Positions 1-12,685 of a DNA stretch of 64,000 nt are shown here, one piece after another (the stretch's first letter is position 1; each line of letters starts with the position of its first letter). Origin of the DNA: Squalus acanthias (Eukaryota); contig CM059431.1 of NCBI GenBank assembly GCA_030390025.1, positions 107,634,001-107,698,000 of the forward strand. Reading direction: 5' to 3'. Below the pieces are notes generated by a model. The model was not told the DNA's origin and did not search any database. It saw only the letters and a program-made list of their open reading frames with translations. A program made the position numbers and the translations under genes.

Positions 1-260
1 TTTCGATGAAGAGCAGGGGAGTTATCCCCGATGTCCTGGCCAATATTTATCCCTCAATCAACATCACTAAAACAGATTATCTGGTCATTATCACATTGCT
101 GTTTGTGGGAGCTTGCTGTGTGCAAATTGGCTGCCGCGTTTCCCACATTACAACAGTGACTACACTCCAAAAAAGTACTTCAGTGGCTGTAAAGCGCTTT
201 GAGAGGTCCGGTGGTCGTGCAACGCGCTATATAAATGCAAGTCTTTCTTTCTTTTTCTTT
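1..260 (+). mobile_element. SINE, SacSINE1/DeuSINE-like, 3' part
   Basis: Core GAAGAGCAGGGGAG...CTGGCCAATATTTATCCCTCA...GCAAATTGGCTGCC and L2-like tail CTATATAAATGCAAGTCTTTCTTT; the same sequence recurs about 10 times in the window. Confidence 0.8.
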
Positions 261-1629
261 CCAATTGGATGGCCTCTGAATATTTTCTGTGCAGTTCTGC
301 TTTGGCAATCATCACAAATTAGAGGCTGCAGCAAATATACCATATTTATTGTAAATCATTCTTTTATGTGATTCACAAAAGAGCTCTGTGTGGCGGCCGT
401 TCCCAAATTGGTTTCCTGTGATTGCTTGTGGTGCGTTCCATCTATAAATTCCAGTGATAGTAACTAACCGTAATAAACAGGTTCCAACATCAGGGCTCAC
501 CCTTGACTTTGGAACATTTTGTGAATTCATTCTCAGGAGTCGACCTCGCCTCCACTCAGTCTCAGCGTGTGTGCACTGGCAAACGATCAGAAGCCTTCAT
601 CTTGTACAGAAATCCCACATGATCCTCACCCTGGCACACGCGCAAGGCGTATTAGCATTCCGAAAATACAGTTTCATTCAAAACTACCAGCAGTGAGAAA
701 ATTATCAATGATTAACACGGTATGACTACTTGCTGGAATATGCAGATCCCAGTGAGTATGATAGGGCAATGCACGGAAATGAGCCCGCTTGAATAATATA
801 CAGATTGTGCCCACATCTTTATGCAGGCATCAGGCACCATCTGTTTGTTATGCTTCCATTATATAAAAAAAAGTGGTGTTGCTTGGATCTGTCGCTTCTT
901 GCGGCTAATTGTCAGGCTCCAGCTATGCTGTAAATTGAAGTGGCCGTGTATGTGGAATCGCATCTTTATACCAAGATCAGGCGCAATAGGTTTTTCTCCA
1001 ACAAGGTCAACTCTACATATACTTTACACTCTACTCTTGCAATGTTAAATCTAAATTAATAAGGCTCATGTTAACAATATTCAAGCACAATTTCTTACGG
1101 TTTGTAGTTTAATTACTCACAGAATTAAATCACAAAGCCAGGGCTGTATATTATCATCAATCTGTCAGATTGTGGTGAAGGGCAAATCATATTTCGATTT
1201 ACCACACACAAAGGCATTTTCGGAATTTCATAGGTCCCAATCTGACGAGCTTTATTTTTCTAGGACAAATGTGCAAAACTTTTCAAAAAGGGAGAGTTTT
1301 TCCCTAATTCCGCAAGGTCACTTGAAAATATAATCCTCCTTGTGTGTTCTGAACACTCTATCTTGTGAAGAAATTCAGCTTCTGAGTATTAAGAACTAAT
1401 AGGGACAGCTTGGCATTGACATTCAAATGTCAATGTTATTCACAGCATCTCAAAGATGACTGTGCCCAAACCACAAAGAGATGACTAGACTCATTAGAGG
1501 ATCATTAACAGCACATTTGACGTGTTGGCTCATTTTGCCTCATCTGGCTAAACTGGGTGAACAGGGTCCCACACAATCACATGTGGATCCTACAAGAAAC
1601 ATCTTTTTGCTGTTGGGATCATAAACATT

Positions 1630-2387
1630 GGGCCGTATTTTCCGATCGGAGGCTTCCCGCGTGCGGAGGCCTCTGATGTGGAAAAAATCTACGCACTTAC
1701 CTGAGGGCTCCCGAGGTCCGGACACTTCCGCTCCTGGGCCTCTCCAACTCGAATTGCACAGGGCCCACGTATCCCAGGGGCGCAGGCAGTTCGCAAGCGA
1801 CCCTGGGATCACGTGGGCCATGGGGAGCCAATCAAAGAAGGGAATCTCCCTTCATACACTTGACAGATAGACCCGTCAAATATATGAATGGAGATCACCC
1901 CAAAAACACTGTAAAACATTAAATAATTTTTTTTTAATCACATTTTTAAAATTAGTTGAAATTACAATAAATTAAATATTTTAAACAAAAATTTAATTTT
2001 TTGAAAAAAATTATTAAAGTTTTTTACGGAGCTAAAAATAAACTTACCTTTTTTAAAGTATTTTTGAATGATAAATGAGTGAAAAAAAATTTTTAAACTT
2101 TTTTTTCAAATCTTATGCTGGTGAAAGCAGGCCTTACGCCTGCTTTTACCAGGCGTAAGATTTCTGAGGGTTTTCTGCGGGCGGAGGTTCTGCAGAAAGT
2201 GGAACTATCCACCCCCGCAGAGGCCCTTCTCCAGGGCAGGTGTCCGATCTGTCAAGCGCATTCTTAACAGATCGGAAATGCCGGTTTTCAGCGCAAGCGC
2301 TGTGCATGCCTGAAACCGGCATTTCCGATGTCCCTACGGGTGGGTACACAGCTCGTACACACCCGTAGGGATCGGAATATCCGGCCC
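1630..2387. mobile_element. Non-autonomous Harbinger-like MITE
   Basis: Imperfect TIR GGGCCGTATTTTCCGATC ... GATCGGAATATCCGGCCC; flanks att/aat; AT-rich core between GC-rich ends; related to 5747-6388 and 25451-26216. Confidence 0.7.
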
Positions 2388-2499
2388 AATATTCTGTATG
2401 TATCACGCAAATGATTCAACAGTTTTAGTGGAATACTGATCGGTTAAACAAGGACATGCAAGTTATGCAATAGAACCTAACAAAGCAGTTTGAGAAATA

Positions 2500-2586
2500 A
2501 CAACAGAAAACGCTGGAAAAACTCAGCAGGCCAGGCAACATCCGTGGAGAGAGAAAGAGAGTTAACGTTTTAGGTCGAAACCCTTT
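2500..2586. mobile_element. Penelope-like element terminal repeat fragment
   Basis: AACAGAAAACGCTGGAAAAACTCAGCAGG...GTTAACGTTTTAGGTCG matches the terminal repeat at 4003-4107. Confidence 0.55.
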
Positions 2587-4002
2587 TGTATATTATAGTC
2601 TTTCTGGAGCTCTACAATTTTTGAAAGAGATCATTGTGAGAGCGTGTAGAGTCTGGAAAAGGTCACCTTGTAAATAACTTGGCTACAGTCCAACGGAGTT
2701 GTAATTTATACACACTCCCTAACTGGATTGCATGCTTTACTGATAAATATTTAAATTCATTCTCTTTAGCTGTTATAATTAAATTAATTTAATTACAGAA
2801 CCCTTAGGGACCAAATAATTAATCGCACAGTTCATTTTTGATTTTCCCCTGATAACGTCTCAGATTTCAAAATTGTTCCTAAGTGTTTTTCGTCAAACTG
2901 GTTTTCACCCCCAAAGTGCAAATTTTTTCTGAAATATCACACTTTTTTGAATGCAATAAGATTGGGTTCTGTAAGCTGCTTTCATCTACATACGGGGATA
3001 GGGACTGGTGAGGTCATAATCGACAACGATTCTCTCCTCTCCAGTAACATGAGAGCTAGGTGATGCAAGTCTGGTTAAAATCTTAACATAATGGTCTGTT
3101 AAAATGAATTGTTTCTTTTGCGGTCATGGGGGACAGATTTGACTTTGTGAGATAGTGTAAAAGGGCTGATGGTAAATTGGCAGCTCGCTTTACATCTCTC
3201 CCGATTTTTATTTCATTTAAAGCTAAAATTAGCCCATAGAGGAGAACAGTTAACTAATAGAATGACGTAGGACGGATGTAAATGTAATTCTGAACGAAAG
3301 CAGACAATTCCAGAAATGCACATCAATCAGCAGATAAACGATAAAGATAGGTTAAAGCTTATAGTTTGGCCCTGCATCAAAATTCTCATCAGTTCTGGTC
3401 AAATGACACCCAAAACATGAAGGTCCCAAAATTCCCAGCAGGTCTGCTCCGCCAGTGCGTGTGAAGTGGAGCGGAGCTCGCACCCACCCTAGCCCCGGGC
3501 TGGAGACCCTGTCTTAAGTCTCAAGGGGTGGGGTTATTTGCAATGTCTGGGGCAAGCCACCGTCATTTACAAGGGTGAACCAGAGTCGCCCAGCATGATC
3601 GCCACTTGTACGGCAGAGTGATGGCCTGCTGCTCCACCTAAAGCACTTTGGGACGTCCTGAGGTCGCGAAAGGCGCTATATAAATGCAAGTCTTTCTTTT
3701 TTCTGAGGTCTAAGAAGATAATATATAATTTCTCAGTCTTTGACTCCTAGCGGAGCTATTCTGCCATAAGCAGTCTACTCTGGGATCAGCTGCCTTACTC
3801 CAGTGAATGTTTCGGGCCTGCAGAAGGCCTCAAAAGGGACTCACTCCCAGTCTCAGCTGGCATTCTGCTAAGGCCTTCCGAGGACATATAGGGCAGAAAT
3901 CCCCCCAACACCACCCCTTTCCATTGGATAAGCAGGTGGGAGATCTGACCACGTTCCACCCCACCCCACCCAACAAGTTAAAGCAAATGAGAAAGAATTT
4001 CG

Positions 4003-4663
4003 ACACAAAAACAGAAAATGCTGGAAACACTCAGCAGGTCAGGCAGCATCTGTGGAGAGAGAAACAGAGTTAACGTTTCAGGTCGACGACCTTTCGTCAG
4101 AACTGGAAAAAGTTAGAGATGTAACAGATTTTAAGCAAGTGTAGGGGCAGGGAAAGGCGGGGTGGGGAGGAAAGAACAAAAGGGAAGGTCTGTGATCGGG
4201 TGGAAGGCAGGAGAGATTAAATGACCAAAGGTATGATAGTAAAAAACAAAAGGAGATGGTAATGGGACAAGTAAAGAAACAAAAGATGAGCCTAGAAGAG
4301 GTGTAAATGGGAATGGCAGAATCATCAACAGCTGTCATGTGAAAAAATAGGGGCAGAAGTTATGGTCTGAAATCGTTGAGTCCAGAAGACTGTAAAGTGC
4401 TTAATCGAAAGCTTACGTTGAGCTTCGTTGGAACAGTGTAAGAGGTCGGGGTCAGAGTGGGAGTGGAGCAGAGAATTAAAGTGACAGGCGACCGGAAGCT
4501 TGGGGTCACGTTTCTCTAACTTTCTCCAGTTCTGACGCAAGGCCGTTGACCTGAAACGTTAACTCTGTTTTTCTCTCTCCACAGATGCTGCCTGAACTGC
4601 TGAGCATTTCCCACATTTCCTGTTTTTATCTCAGATTTCCAGCATCCGCAGTATTTTGCTTTT
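4003..4663 (-). mobile_element. Penelope-like retroelement 3' fragment with inverted pseudo-LTR
   Basis: About 4008-4107 is an inverted copy of about 4523-4627; the minus strand encodes LPVACHFNS..H...LLHCSNEAQRKL, resembling the C-terminal part of a PLE GIY-YIG endonuclease. Confidence 0.7.
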
Positions 4664-5746
4664 GTAGTAGAATTTTGGCATAAATGGGTTCCACCCCATG
4701 TTGCTGCTCCCCCAGACGAAAATTAATCATTCCACCTTTTCCACCCCCAGGAAACTCACAACCAATGTTTTTTTTTTCTCCCTTTCAGATGTTCATTATC
4801 TCCCTGTGAATCTGCATCTGTTTTTGTTGTTTATTTATTGCAGATTTCCAGCATGCAACTTTTTTTTTAACTCTCTATAAATATAATTTGCTGCCCTATT
4901 GTAGACTAACCTCCAACCTAACTGGTAACAAAAGTTTGGCTCCATCAAGAATGGCTGACCAAGGTTCTGAAAGGGTTCCAAGTCAAAAGGCACACTCATT
5001 ATATAACACATCCACCACTACAATGGGCTACAGTGTATGTGTATGTACTTGGCTCCAAGAGAACTGTGGCTCTTGTTCCAATTAAATGTGCTCATGCCAG
5101 CTGCACCCCAGCAATGTATTAACACAACAAGCTCAATTTATGCTGCATTTAGTCTGTCAGTGCCTATTTCGGCAGAACAGGTCAATGATAAAAGTTGCTC
5201 AAAAAACACACATAACAAATGACGAAGCCCAAGCTGTATAAATCAACAACTCCACAAGAAATAAAACTAGTCGACGGGCCTCATTAACAAAACTAGACAG
5301 AATCTTCTCCTTGCAAACACAGTATCACCTGTTCAATGCTCAGCCTATTTGGCCTAGAAATCAGTTGCTGCTGCTGTTTGTAAGTATCACTTAGCTCATT
5401 AACAAACGAGATTGATTTTCTCCTCCGAGCTTGTTACTTAGTTTAGTGGCCGTCATCTGGAGCATTGAGCTAGATGACAAACCGTGAGGTGCTATCCTTT
5501 TTGTTCTGCCATTCACACATCACACAATTGAATATCAGCACTATCTTATTCAGTGTCCATAGTTTTACCAAGGTCATTTAGTCGATGAATACTCTTCTCT
5601 TACATTTTTTGTTATAAAGGTAATGACAAAACTGTTGTCAACACAGCAAGTACATTTTCAGGACAGGATATCCGAAGTACTCAATTGTAACTGCGTAACT
5701 GAGTAACTTAGCGCCTTGGGACGTTTCACTACCTTTAAGACATAAT

Positions 5747-6388
5747 GGGCCGTAATTTGCGACCCCCACGAGTGCACACGAGGTGTGTACGTGACGGTAG
5801 GGGCCACGCAAGTTCCGGGTTTAGGCACTCTTGACAGATGATCCGCATCCCCGGGAGACGGGCCTCCGCGGGCAGAGAGTTGCGCTATTTGCCCAACTTC
5901 CGCCCGCTGAATGCCCGTCAAATTCTTACGCCCGGTAAAAGCAGGCGTAAGGCTTACTTTTACCGGCATAAGAGTTTTAAAAAACAGAAAAATAAAAGGT
6001 TATCACTCATTTATACATTAAAAACCCAGTCCAATAAGGTAAGTTTATTTTTAGCCCCATTAAAACATTTTAAAAATGTTTTCCAAAAATTAAATTTTTG
6101 TTTAAAATATTTAATTAAATGGCATTTTAATTAATTTTAAATATGTAATTAAAAATTTTTTATTTCATGCGTTGGTGCATTTTTTAAGTGATCCCCATTC
6201 ATACTTATTGGGATTCCGTTTGTACGGAACTTCCATAAGTATGAATGGGATCCCCCCTTCTTTCATTGGTTGGGCCGGCCCACGTGATCCCAGGGACAAT
6301 TGCGTGTGGCCCTGGGATACGTGGGCCTCTACCCGCGAGTACCCGGAGAGGCCTCCCGGGCCACCAGGTAAATTCGTAGATTTGGGCC
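5747..6388. mobile_element. Harbinger-like MITE, same group as 1630-2387 in opposite orientation, one end degraded
   Basis: Starts aat|GGGCCGTAATTT; shares GCAGGCGTAAGG..TTTTACC and CACGTGATCCCAGGG motifs with the reverse complement of 1630-2387. Confidence 0.6.
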
Positions 6389-6412
6389 GATATGATACAA
6401 GTTGTTGTTGTT

Positions 6413-6774
6413 GAGGTGTTTAAGATGATTAAAGGAGTTGATAGGGTAGATAGAGAGAAACTATTTCCACTGGTGGGGGGAGTCCAGAACAAGAGGGCAT
6501 AACCTTAAAATTAGAGCCAGGCCGTTCAGGGGTGATGTCCAGGAAGCATTTCTTCACACAATGGGTGGTGGAAATCTGGAACTCTCTCCCCCTCCAAAAA
6601 TCTGTTGAGGCTGGGGGTCAATTGAGAATTTCAAAACTGAGATTGATAGATTTTTGTTAATGGTTACGGAACCAAGGCAGGTAGATGGGGGTTAAGATAC
6701 AGATCAGCCATGATCCAATTAAATGGCAGTGCAGGCTCGAGGGGCTGAAGGGCCTCCTTCTGTTTCTATGTTCC
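6413..6774 (+). mobile_element. CR1 LINE 3' fragment
   Basis: Encodes EVFKMIKGVDRVDREKLFPL...WNSLP; 3' UTR GATCAGCCATGATC...GCAGGCTCGAGGGGC and TATGTTC tail. Confidence 0.85.
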
Positions 6775-7459
6775 TTGCTATGTACTTTGCAATCTCACTA
6801 ATTTATACCGATTCTGCTGGGAAACCTGACCACACTGAATTCATGGAATAAATAAGTAGAAGAAGTCTCACCACCAGTGTGAAGCAAATTTGCAATGCTA
6901 TCAAAGTGACTTCACAACACAGCAGCACACAGGGCACAGGGTTCTGCTTGTGAGTAACCTGCTGTAGTCTGTGTTTTTTTCTCTAAAAGGAGGTTAACAC
7001 TCTTCCTTAATGCATATCAAGCGACTGTTCTCTTCCCTTCTTTTGTTTATGCTGCTGTCAAAAAACTTTAAAATTCTATTCACTTAATTACTCTTAAAGG
7101 TTATGTTTTGTGTGCCCTGTGTTATATTTCCTGGCATTAGGAGCATGCCGGATAACAGACTGAGTTCTAATTACGACATCATCACAGTGACATTACAGGG
7201 TGAGTTAGTTAACCGAAATCAGTGATTATCTGTATTTCTGTCACAGTTGTGCGATAAAGCAAGAATTCTGCTTTTAATCCTGTGTACTGATACTGATTCC
7301 ATTTTAAACCAGCTTCCTAAGATGTTGATGAACGTTTTCACGGCTCAGTGGAGCCGAGTACCAGGAATCGTAATGCAGTCTGTACAAAACAGGGTAATGC
7401 AATTATACTCAGTAACTGCCTGAAAGGACTCTCACTGACTGAACCTGAGTATACAGCCT

Positions 7460-7985
7460 CAATAAGGAAGGACATACTTGCCTTAGATTCAGTGCGACAA
7501 AGGTTCACTACGTTGATCCCTGGGATGTGAGGGTTGTCCTATGAGGAGAGATTGAGTAGAATGGGCCTATACTCTCTGGAGTTTAGAAGAATGAGAGGTG
7601 ATCTCATTGAAACATATAAGGTACTAAGGGGGATTGACAGGGTAGATGCTGAGAGGTTGTTTCCCCTGGCTGGTGAGTCTAGAACTAGGGGGCATAGTCT
7701 CAGGATAGGGGTCGGCCATTTAAGATTGAGAGGAGGAGGAATTTCTTCACTCAGAGGGTTGTGAACCTTTGGAATTCTCTACCCCAAAGGGCTGTGGATG
7801 CTGAGTCATTGAGTATATTCAAGGCTGAGATCGATAGATTTTTGGACTCTCGGGGAATCAAGGAATATGGAGATCGGGCGGGAAAGTGGAACTGAGGTCG
7901 AAGATCAGCTATGATCTCATTGAATGGCGGAGCAGGCTCGAGGGGCCGTTTGGCCTACTCCTGCTCCTAATTCTTATGTTCTTAT
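7460..7985 (+). mobile_element. CR1 LINE 3' fragment
   Basis: RKDILAL...SYEERLSRMGLYSLEFRRMRGDLIETYK; canonical 3' stem-loop and TTCTTATG tail. Confidence 0.9.
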
Positions 7986-8429
7986 AATTTACTGCTACCG
8001 TGGGACATTTTGCTACATTAAAGGCACTATATAAATGCAAGCTGTTGAAGGGATAACCTGCCCTGTCCTGTTGGTAGCCTTTTCACACATTCTTTTTCAA
8101 TGAGTCCCCACCATTTATAGCGGATGCGTTCGTGCGAACTCGATTCGCCCGCGACACGCAGTATATGATGGGGCAGCGCTATGACAGTACTCTATTATAT
8201 ATTGTAGCTCACTATTGAAGAAACCAAACAAGACTGCATGCAATGCAATGAGCTATACTTAAACCTGTACAAACTGTAGTCCCACGCCACTTGTTGGAAG
8301 GGTTTAAGTAGACAAAATGTAATTGGACCTTAAAGAGGTGTTATTTACTTAGGATTGTTCTTGCATTCAGTGCACCTTAAAGAGGTGTGAGCTGATGAGT
8401 AAACTTGGAGATCTCCACACGAGCCTCCT

Positions 8430-8767
8430 CCCACCCGCCTTCATCTCACCCTATCAGCATATCCTTTTATTCCTTTCTCCCTCATGTGTTTATCTAGCTT
8501 CCCTTTAAATGCATCAATGCTATTCACCTCAACCACTCCCTGTGGTAGCAAGTGCCACATTCTAACCACTCTCTGAGTAAAGATGTTTCTCCTAAATTCC
8601 CTATTGGATTTATTTGTGATTATCTTATATTTATGACCCTTAGTTTTGGTCTCCCCCACAAGTGGAAATATCTTCTCTACATTAACCCATCAAACCCTTT
8701 CATAACCTTAAAGACCTATATCAGGTCACACCTCAGGCTTCTCTTTTCTAGAGAAAAGAGCCCCAGA
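8430..8767 (-). mobile_element. CR1 LINE 3' fragment
   Basis: Minus ORF GETKTKGHKYKI...FRRNIFTQRVVRMW..LP...FKGKLDKHM. Confidence 0.8.
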
Positions 8768-8889
8768 TAAGGCCACCAAGTATGTGGCTAACACAAGCTA
8801 CCAGCTTGCTACTTGTTCATGGACTCACATAAGGTGGCTGGTAGTCTAGGCACTTGGATGGCACTTTCACTGCACTTCTCAATGTCCCT

Positions 8890-9698
8890 CTTGTACCTGC
8901 TTACAGGAAAAGGCTGTATGTGACAGGGACAAGCAGTTTCAGACTAGAATGATGTCCTTCCAGCTTGTGGCCTTTGGCTTCATATGTGACTCAAACCCGA
9001 CAGATTCTAGGACTGGAGAAATTGGATGCCTTCCTGAAGCTCAGGGCTAGTAGCATCCTTTGCTTTTTGTAAGCTATTCTTGAAGCAGTATTTTCCTGCC
9101 AGCATTACTGAAATATATTTGTTCTTTTGATCCTAGCGGTGTCCTAGAGGGGAATAAGTGAATGTCAGCCTTCTCCCAGCACCTCCCAGAACCCTTCGTC
9201 CCTCACTCCAACAGTGGCGAGCACCAGCCCAGATACATCCACTTCAGGGAGGGGTGTTCATTTAATGAGTTCTGGGGGAACTTTACCCAGTGAATCACAG
9301 AGTACAGGTGAGGAGGAGCAAATTATGGTGGCATTGGAGGAGCTAGTAGCCAGAGAGCAGATGCCAATATTGCCTCAGCTGTTTAACCCAGTGATTGGAA
9401 CCTGATCAAACCTACCTACAATGCAGCTTTGTAGTTGAGCATCAGTGTTACATGCAGTCAGCTGAAAATGTGTCAAGCAGCTTGAAAGGTTTATGGGTGA
9501 GCAGATCGGAGTCCATTACCCACATCTGGGCAGCGCTGCATGATTGCCTAAGCAGGTCACCATGGAGATTATGGTCACTCCAGGGCACTCATTAATTGAG
9601 GTCCTAAGTGGATGGCTCCATTCCAGCGGCAATAACTCTGGCTGGACTCTGATATACAGCAACCTGCCTTGTTTGGATTTAACCTGCTGGGGGAATCG

Positions 9699-9731
<33 letters not shown>

Positions 9732-10000
9732 ATAATGCAGGGCTTCAGTGACTTGCTGAGGATGTGCACAGCAACAGGTGAATGGCAGGAATTGGAATGG
9801 ATGATGGAGCTGTGTCTCCGGGCCATGCCACACTCTACCTCCCAGCTTACCTGCGCAAATGGCTCCAGATGTGCAGGACAAGGCAGCCACCGTAACATTA
9901 CACGTGTCACCAGCAGTTACAGTGCCATCTACTGACCAGCACAAGCAGGCAATGCACCACCATCCTCTCAAGAGGCACACACTGACACCAAACAGATATT
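8890..10000 (+). pseudogene. Possible highly decayed Harbinger Myb/SANT-gene relic (exons 2-3)
   Basis: Acceptor-like TTACAG|GAAAAGGCT (EKA...DKQFQT) parallels exon 2 of the intact element; Ser/Thr/Glu-rich pieces (ASTSPDTSTS...STGEEEQ) resemble exon 3. Weak similarity judged by eye. Confidence 0.3.
9700..9729. repeat. (GA)n microsatellite
   Basis: About 15 GA units seen directly. Confidence 0.9.
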
Positions 10001-10206
10001 CACCGTACTTTGCTCTTTCATTCAGAAATAACTTAGAATAGCACAATGTCAGGTAGTAGGAGACGAGCATCATACACTTTTACAAAGGGAAAACAACAGG
10101 TTATGAAACGTTGACCAAAAGTGCATCACGCACTATGAGGAAAAATAAAAGTGGGTCAACTGTAATTCAAATATGTCCTGACAGTTCGTTTAGGATGAGA
10201 TGGCAT

Positions 10207-10559
10207 AACAACAACAACTTGCATTTATATAACGCCTTTAGATAGTAAAACGTCCCAAGATGCTTCACAGGAGCGTTATCAAACAAAATTTGACATCGAG
10301 CCACATTAGGGGATATTAGAACCGATGACCAAAAGCTTGGTTAAAGAGGGAAGTTTTAAGGAGTGTCTCAATGGAGGAGACAGAGGTAGAGAGGCGGAAA
10401 GGTTTAGGGAGGGAATTCCAGAGCTTAGGGCCCAGGCAACTGAAGGCACGGCCGCCAATGGTGGCTCAGTGTCAAATATTGTCTGATAATCGCTGCTGTG
10501 AAGCGCTTTGGGACGTTTTACTATGTTAATGGCGCTACATAAATGCAAGTTGTTGTTGT
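10207..10559. mobile_element. Two L2-type LINE 3' tails in inverted arrangement
   Basis: Minus tail ACAACAACTTGCATTTATA... (10207-~10463) abuts plus tail ...ATAAATGCAAGTTGTTGTTGT (~10463-10559). Confidence 0.65.
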
Positions 10560-10600
10560 CCCTGTCTTTAAATCTGTCAAGCATGTCCCTTGTATTTATT

Positions 10601-10764
10601 GTGAGAAGTCGCACAACACCAGGTTATAGTCCAACAGCTTTATCTGAAATCACAAGCTTTCGCAGCGCTGCTCCTTCATCAGGAGCTGTTGGACTATAAC
10701 CTGGTGTTGTGCGACTTCTCACATTTGTCCACCCCAGTCCAACACCGGCATCTCCACATCATGG
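10601..10764. mobile_element. Short Penelope-like insertion with perfect 40-bp inverted repeat and 12-bp TSD
   Basis: Arms 10600-10639 and 10684-10723 are exact reverse complements; CTTGTATTTATT is duplicated at 10589-10600 and 10765-10776. Confidence 0.7.
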
Positions 10765-11576
10765 CTTGTATTTATTAGTTGATGCTCATTACTTGAAATC
10801 TGAATCCTATTCTCTTCCTACAAACTCAGAGATTTAATGATAGTCGACGAAGGAAGACAGGAATCATAGTGCAAGCACCGGAGCCTTACGTTAGATCAGA
10901 GCCACAGTTCAGGGAGGCTTTAAGAATTCAGCACACTGGAATATATTCTGTCCTTGATGCTTTGCAAGAAGAAACAGAATGAATGAGAACTATTAAATGT
11001 ACTGAAAGTCCAAACTAAAAAAAGCACTTAGCAGCTCATGCACATAACTCACTGCTTTTTATGTGTATTTATTTTGTCTAATGCATGTTTAAACGGCATC
11101 CTGTCACCGACTGATTCATTAATGCCACAAGTTATCTGCACAGTGTAGTTTTATTACAGTGCCTTCAAGAACAGTGTGATTCAATATTCTTTTTTAAGGT
11201 GTCCTCATGCCTGCTTTTGTTAATGAAAAGGAAATTGAAAACAGAGCTTACCCAGCAATGTGCCTCTCATAATATTGTCCTCTAAACTGTTAAAATAGGC
11301 CTGAAACTTTCAGCAAGAGTCTTAGGGCCCGACAATGACCCAGAGCCGGGTAGAGAGCAGAGGATTTCCGGGCGTTAAGACTGGAAATAAGGGCTTCCCG
11401 CAGGTCTGCCGAATTTAACGGGGTCGGCCGATCACAGGGTGTTTAAAAGGTAAGGTTGGTGGGCCGGGGGAAAGCACTCCTGCTCCTCCTGGCCCACAAG
11501 CGGTGCAATAAAGGCACTTACCTCATGGATCCAGCCCTCCTCGCCTCCCTGCGTCTGCTGGGAATCCCGGCCTGCA

Positions 11577-12034
11577 GAAAGAAAGAAAGACTTGCATTTA
11601 TATTGCGCCTTTCCTGACCTCAGGACGCCCAATGATGTCCTTTTTTTGAAGTGTAGTCACTGTTGTAATGTAGGAAGTGCAGCAGCCAACTTGCACACAG
11701 CAAGCTCCCACAAGCAGCAATGTGATAATGAACAGAAAATCTTTTTTTTTTTAAGATGTTGATTGAGGGATAAATATTGGCCAGGACGCTAACGTGAACT
11801 CCCCTGCTTTTCTTTGAAATAGCGCCACGGGATCTTTTACGTCCACCTGAGAGAGCAGACGGGGCCTCAGTTTAACGCCTCATCCAAAAGACGGCACCTC
11901 TGACAGTGCTGCACTCCCTCAGTACTGCACTGGAGTGTCAGCCTAGATTTTTGTGCTCAGGTCTCTTGGAGTGGGACTATGAACCCACAACTTTCTGACT
12001 CAGAAGCAAGAATGCTACCAACTGAGCCATGGCT
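11577..12034 (-). mobile_element. SINE, SacSINE1/DeuSINE-like, near full length
   Basis: tRNA-like head (rc AGCCATGGCTCAGTTGGTAGC...GGTTCA), conserved core and (TTTC)n tail; interrupts a GC-rich MITE-like sequence at about 11297-12236. Confidence 0.85.
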
Positions 12035-12249
12035 TTAACAGAAGGTAAAAACAAAACATTAAATGGCGGCAGGCAGCCTCCTTAAAAGATTTTAGTGACC
12101 GACCTGCCTCCTGAGAGTGGTTTATTTCCTGCCCCCCAACTCGCCTCCGTTAAAACTGGAAGTGGGTGGGTTGGGGTTGAGATTCCCAATTTTTTTAAAC
12201 CCCGCCCCCCCACAGCCTGTGGGGCTAAAGTTAGTCTTCTTCGTCTAAT

Positions 12250-12546
12250 CACAGAATCCCCACAGTACAGATAGAGGCCATTTCGGCCCATCGAGCCTGC
12301 ACCGACACATATCCCACCCTATTCCCGTAACCCCACGTATTTAATCCCCCCTAACACTAAGGGTCAATTTTATCATAGCCAAATCAACCTAACCTGCACA
12401 TCTTTGGACTGTGGGAGGAAACCGGAGCACCCGGAGGAAACCCATGCAGACAATGTGCAAACTCCACACAGACAGTCACCTGAGGCCAGATTTGAACCCG
12501 GGTCCCTGGCGCTGTGAGGCAACAGTGCTAACCACTATGCCACCCT
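12250..12546 (-). mobile_element. HE1-type V-SINE (elasmobranch tRNA-derived SINE with CR1-derived tail)
   Basis: rc head GGTGGCATAGTGGTTAGCACTGTTGCCTCACAGCGCCAGGGACCCGGGTTCAAAT; V-domain GGGTTTCCTCCGGGTGCTCCGGTTTCCTCCCACAGTCCAAAGATGTGC; CR1-type tail GATGGGCCGAAATGGCCTCT. Confidence 0.85.
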
Positions 12547-12685
12547 GTTGCCTTGATAATCATGATAACACAATTCTTCTCAACTAGTACAAACAGTATT
12601 CTCACTTTTTTGTAAATGTTTCCTCACAGACAGTCTTGAGATAGGAAGTGGGACAAATTGGCATCTGGCATTTTGTAGGAACTAT

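Noticed and set aside
12480..12546. tRNA-like A/B boxes here and in other SINE heads
   Set aside because: These are SINE promoters attached to SINE bodies, not tRNA genes.
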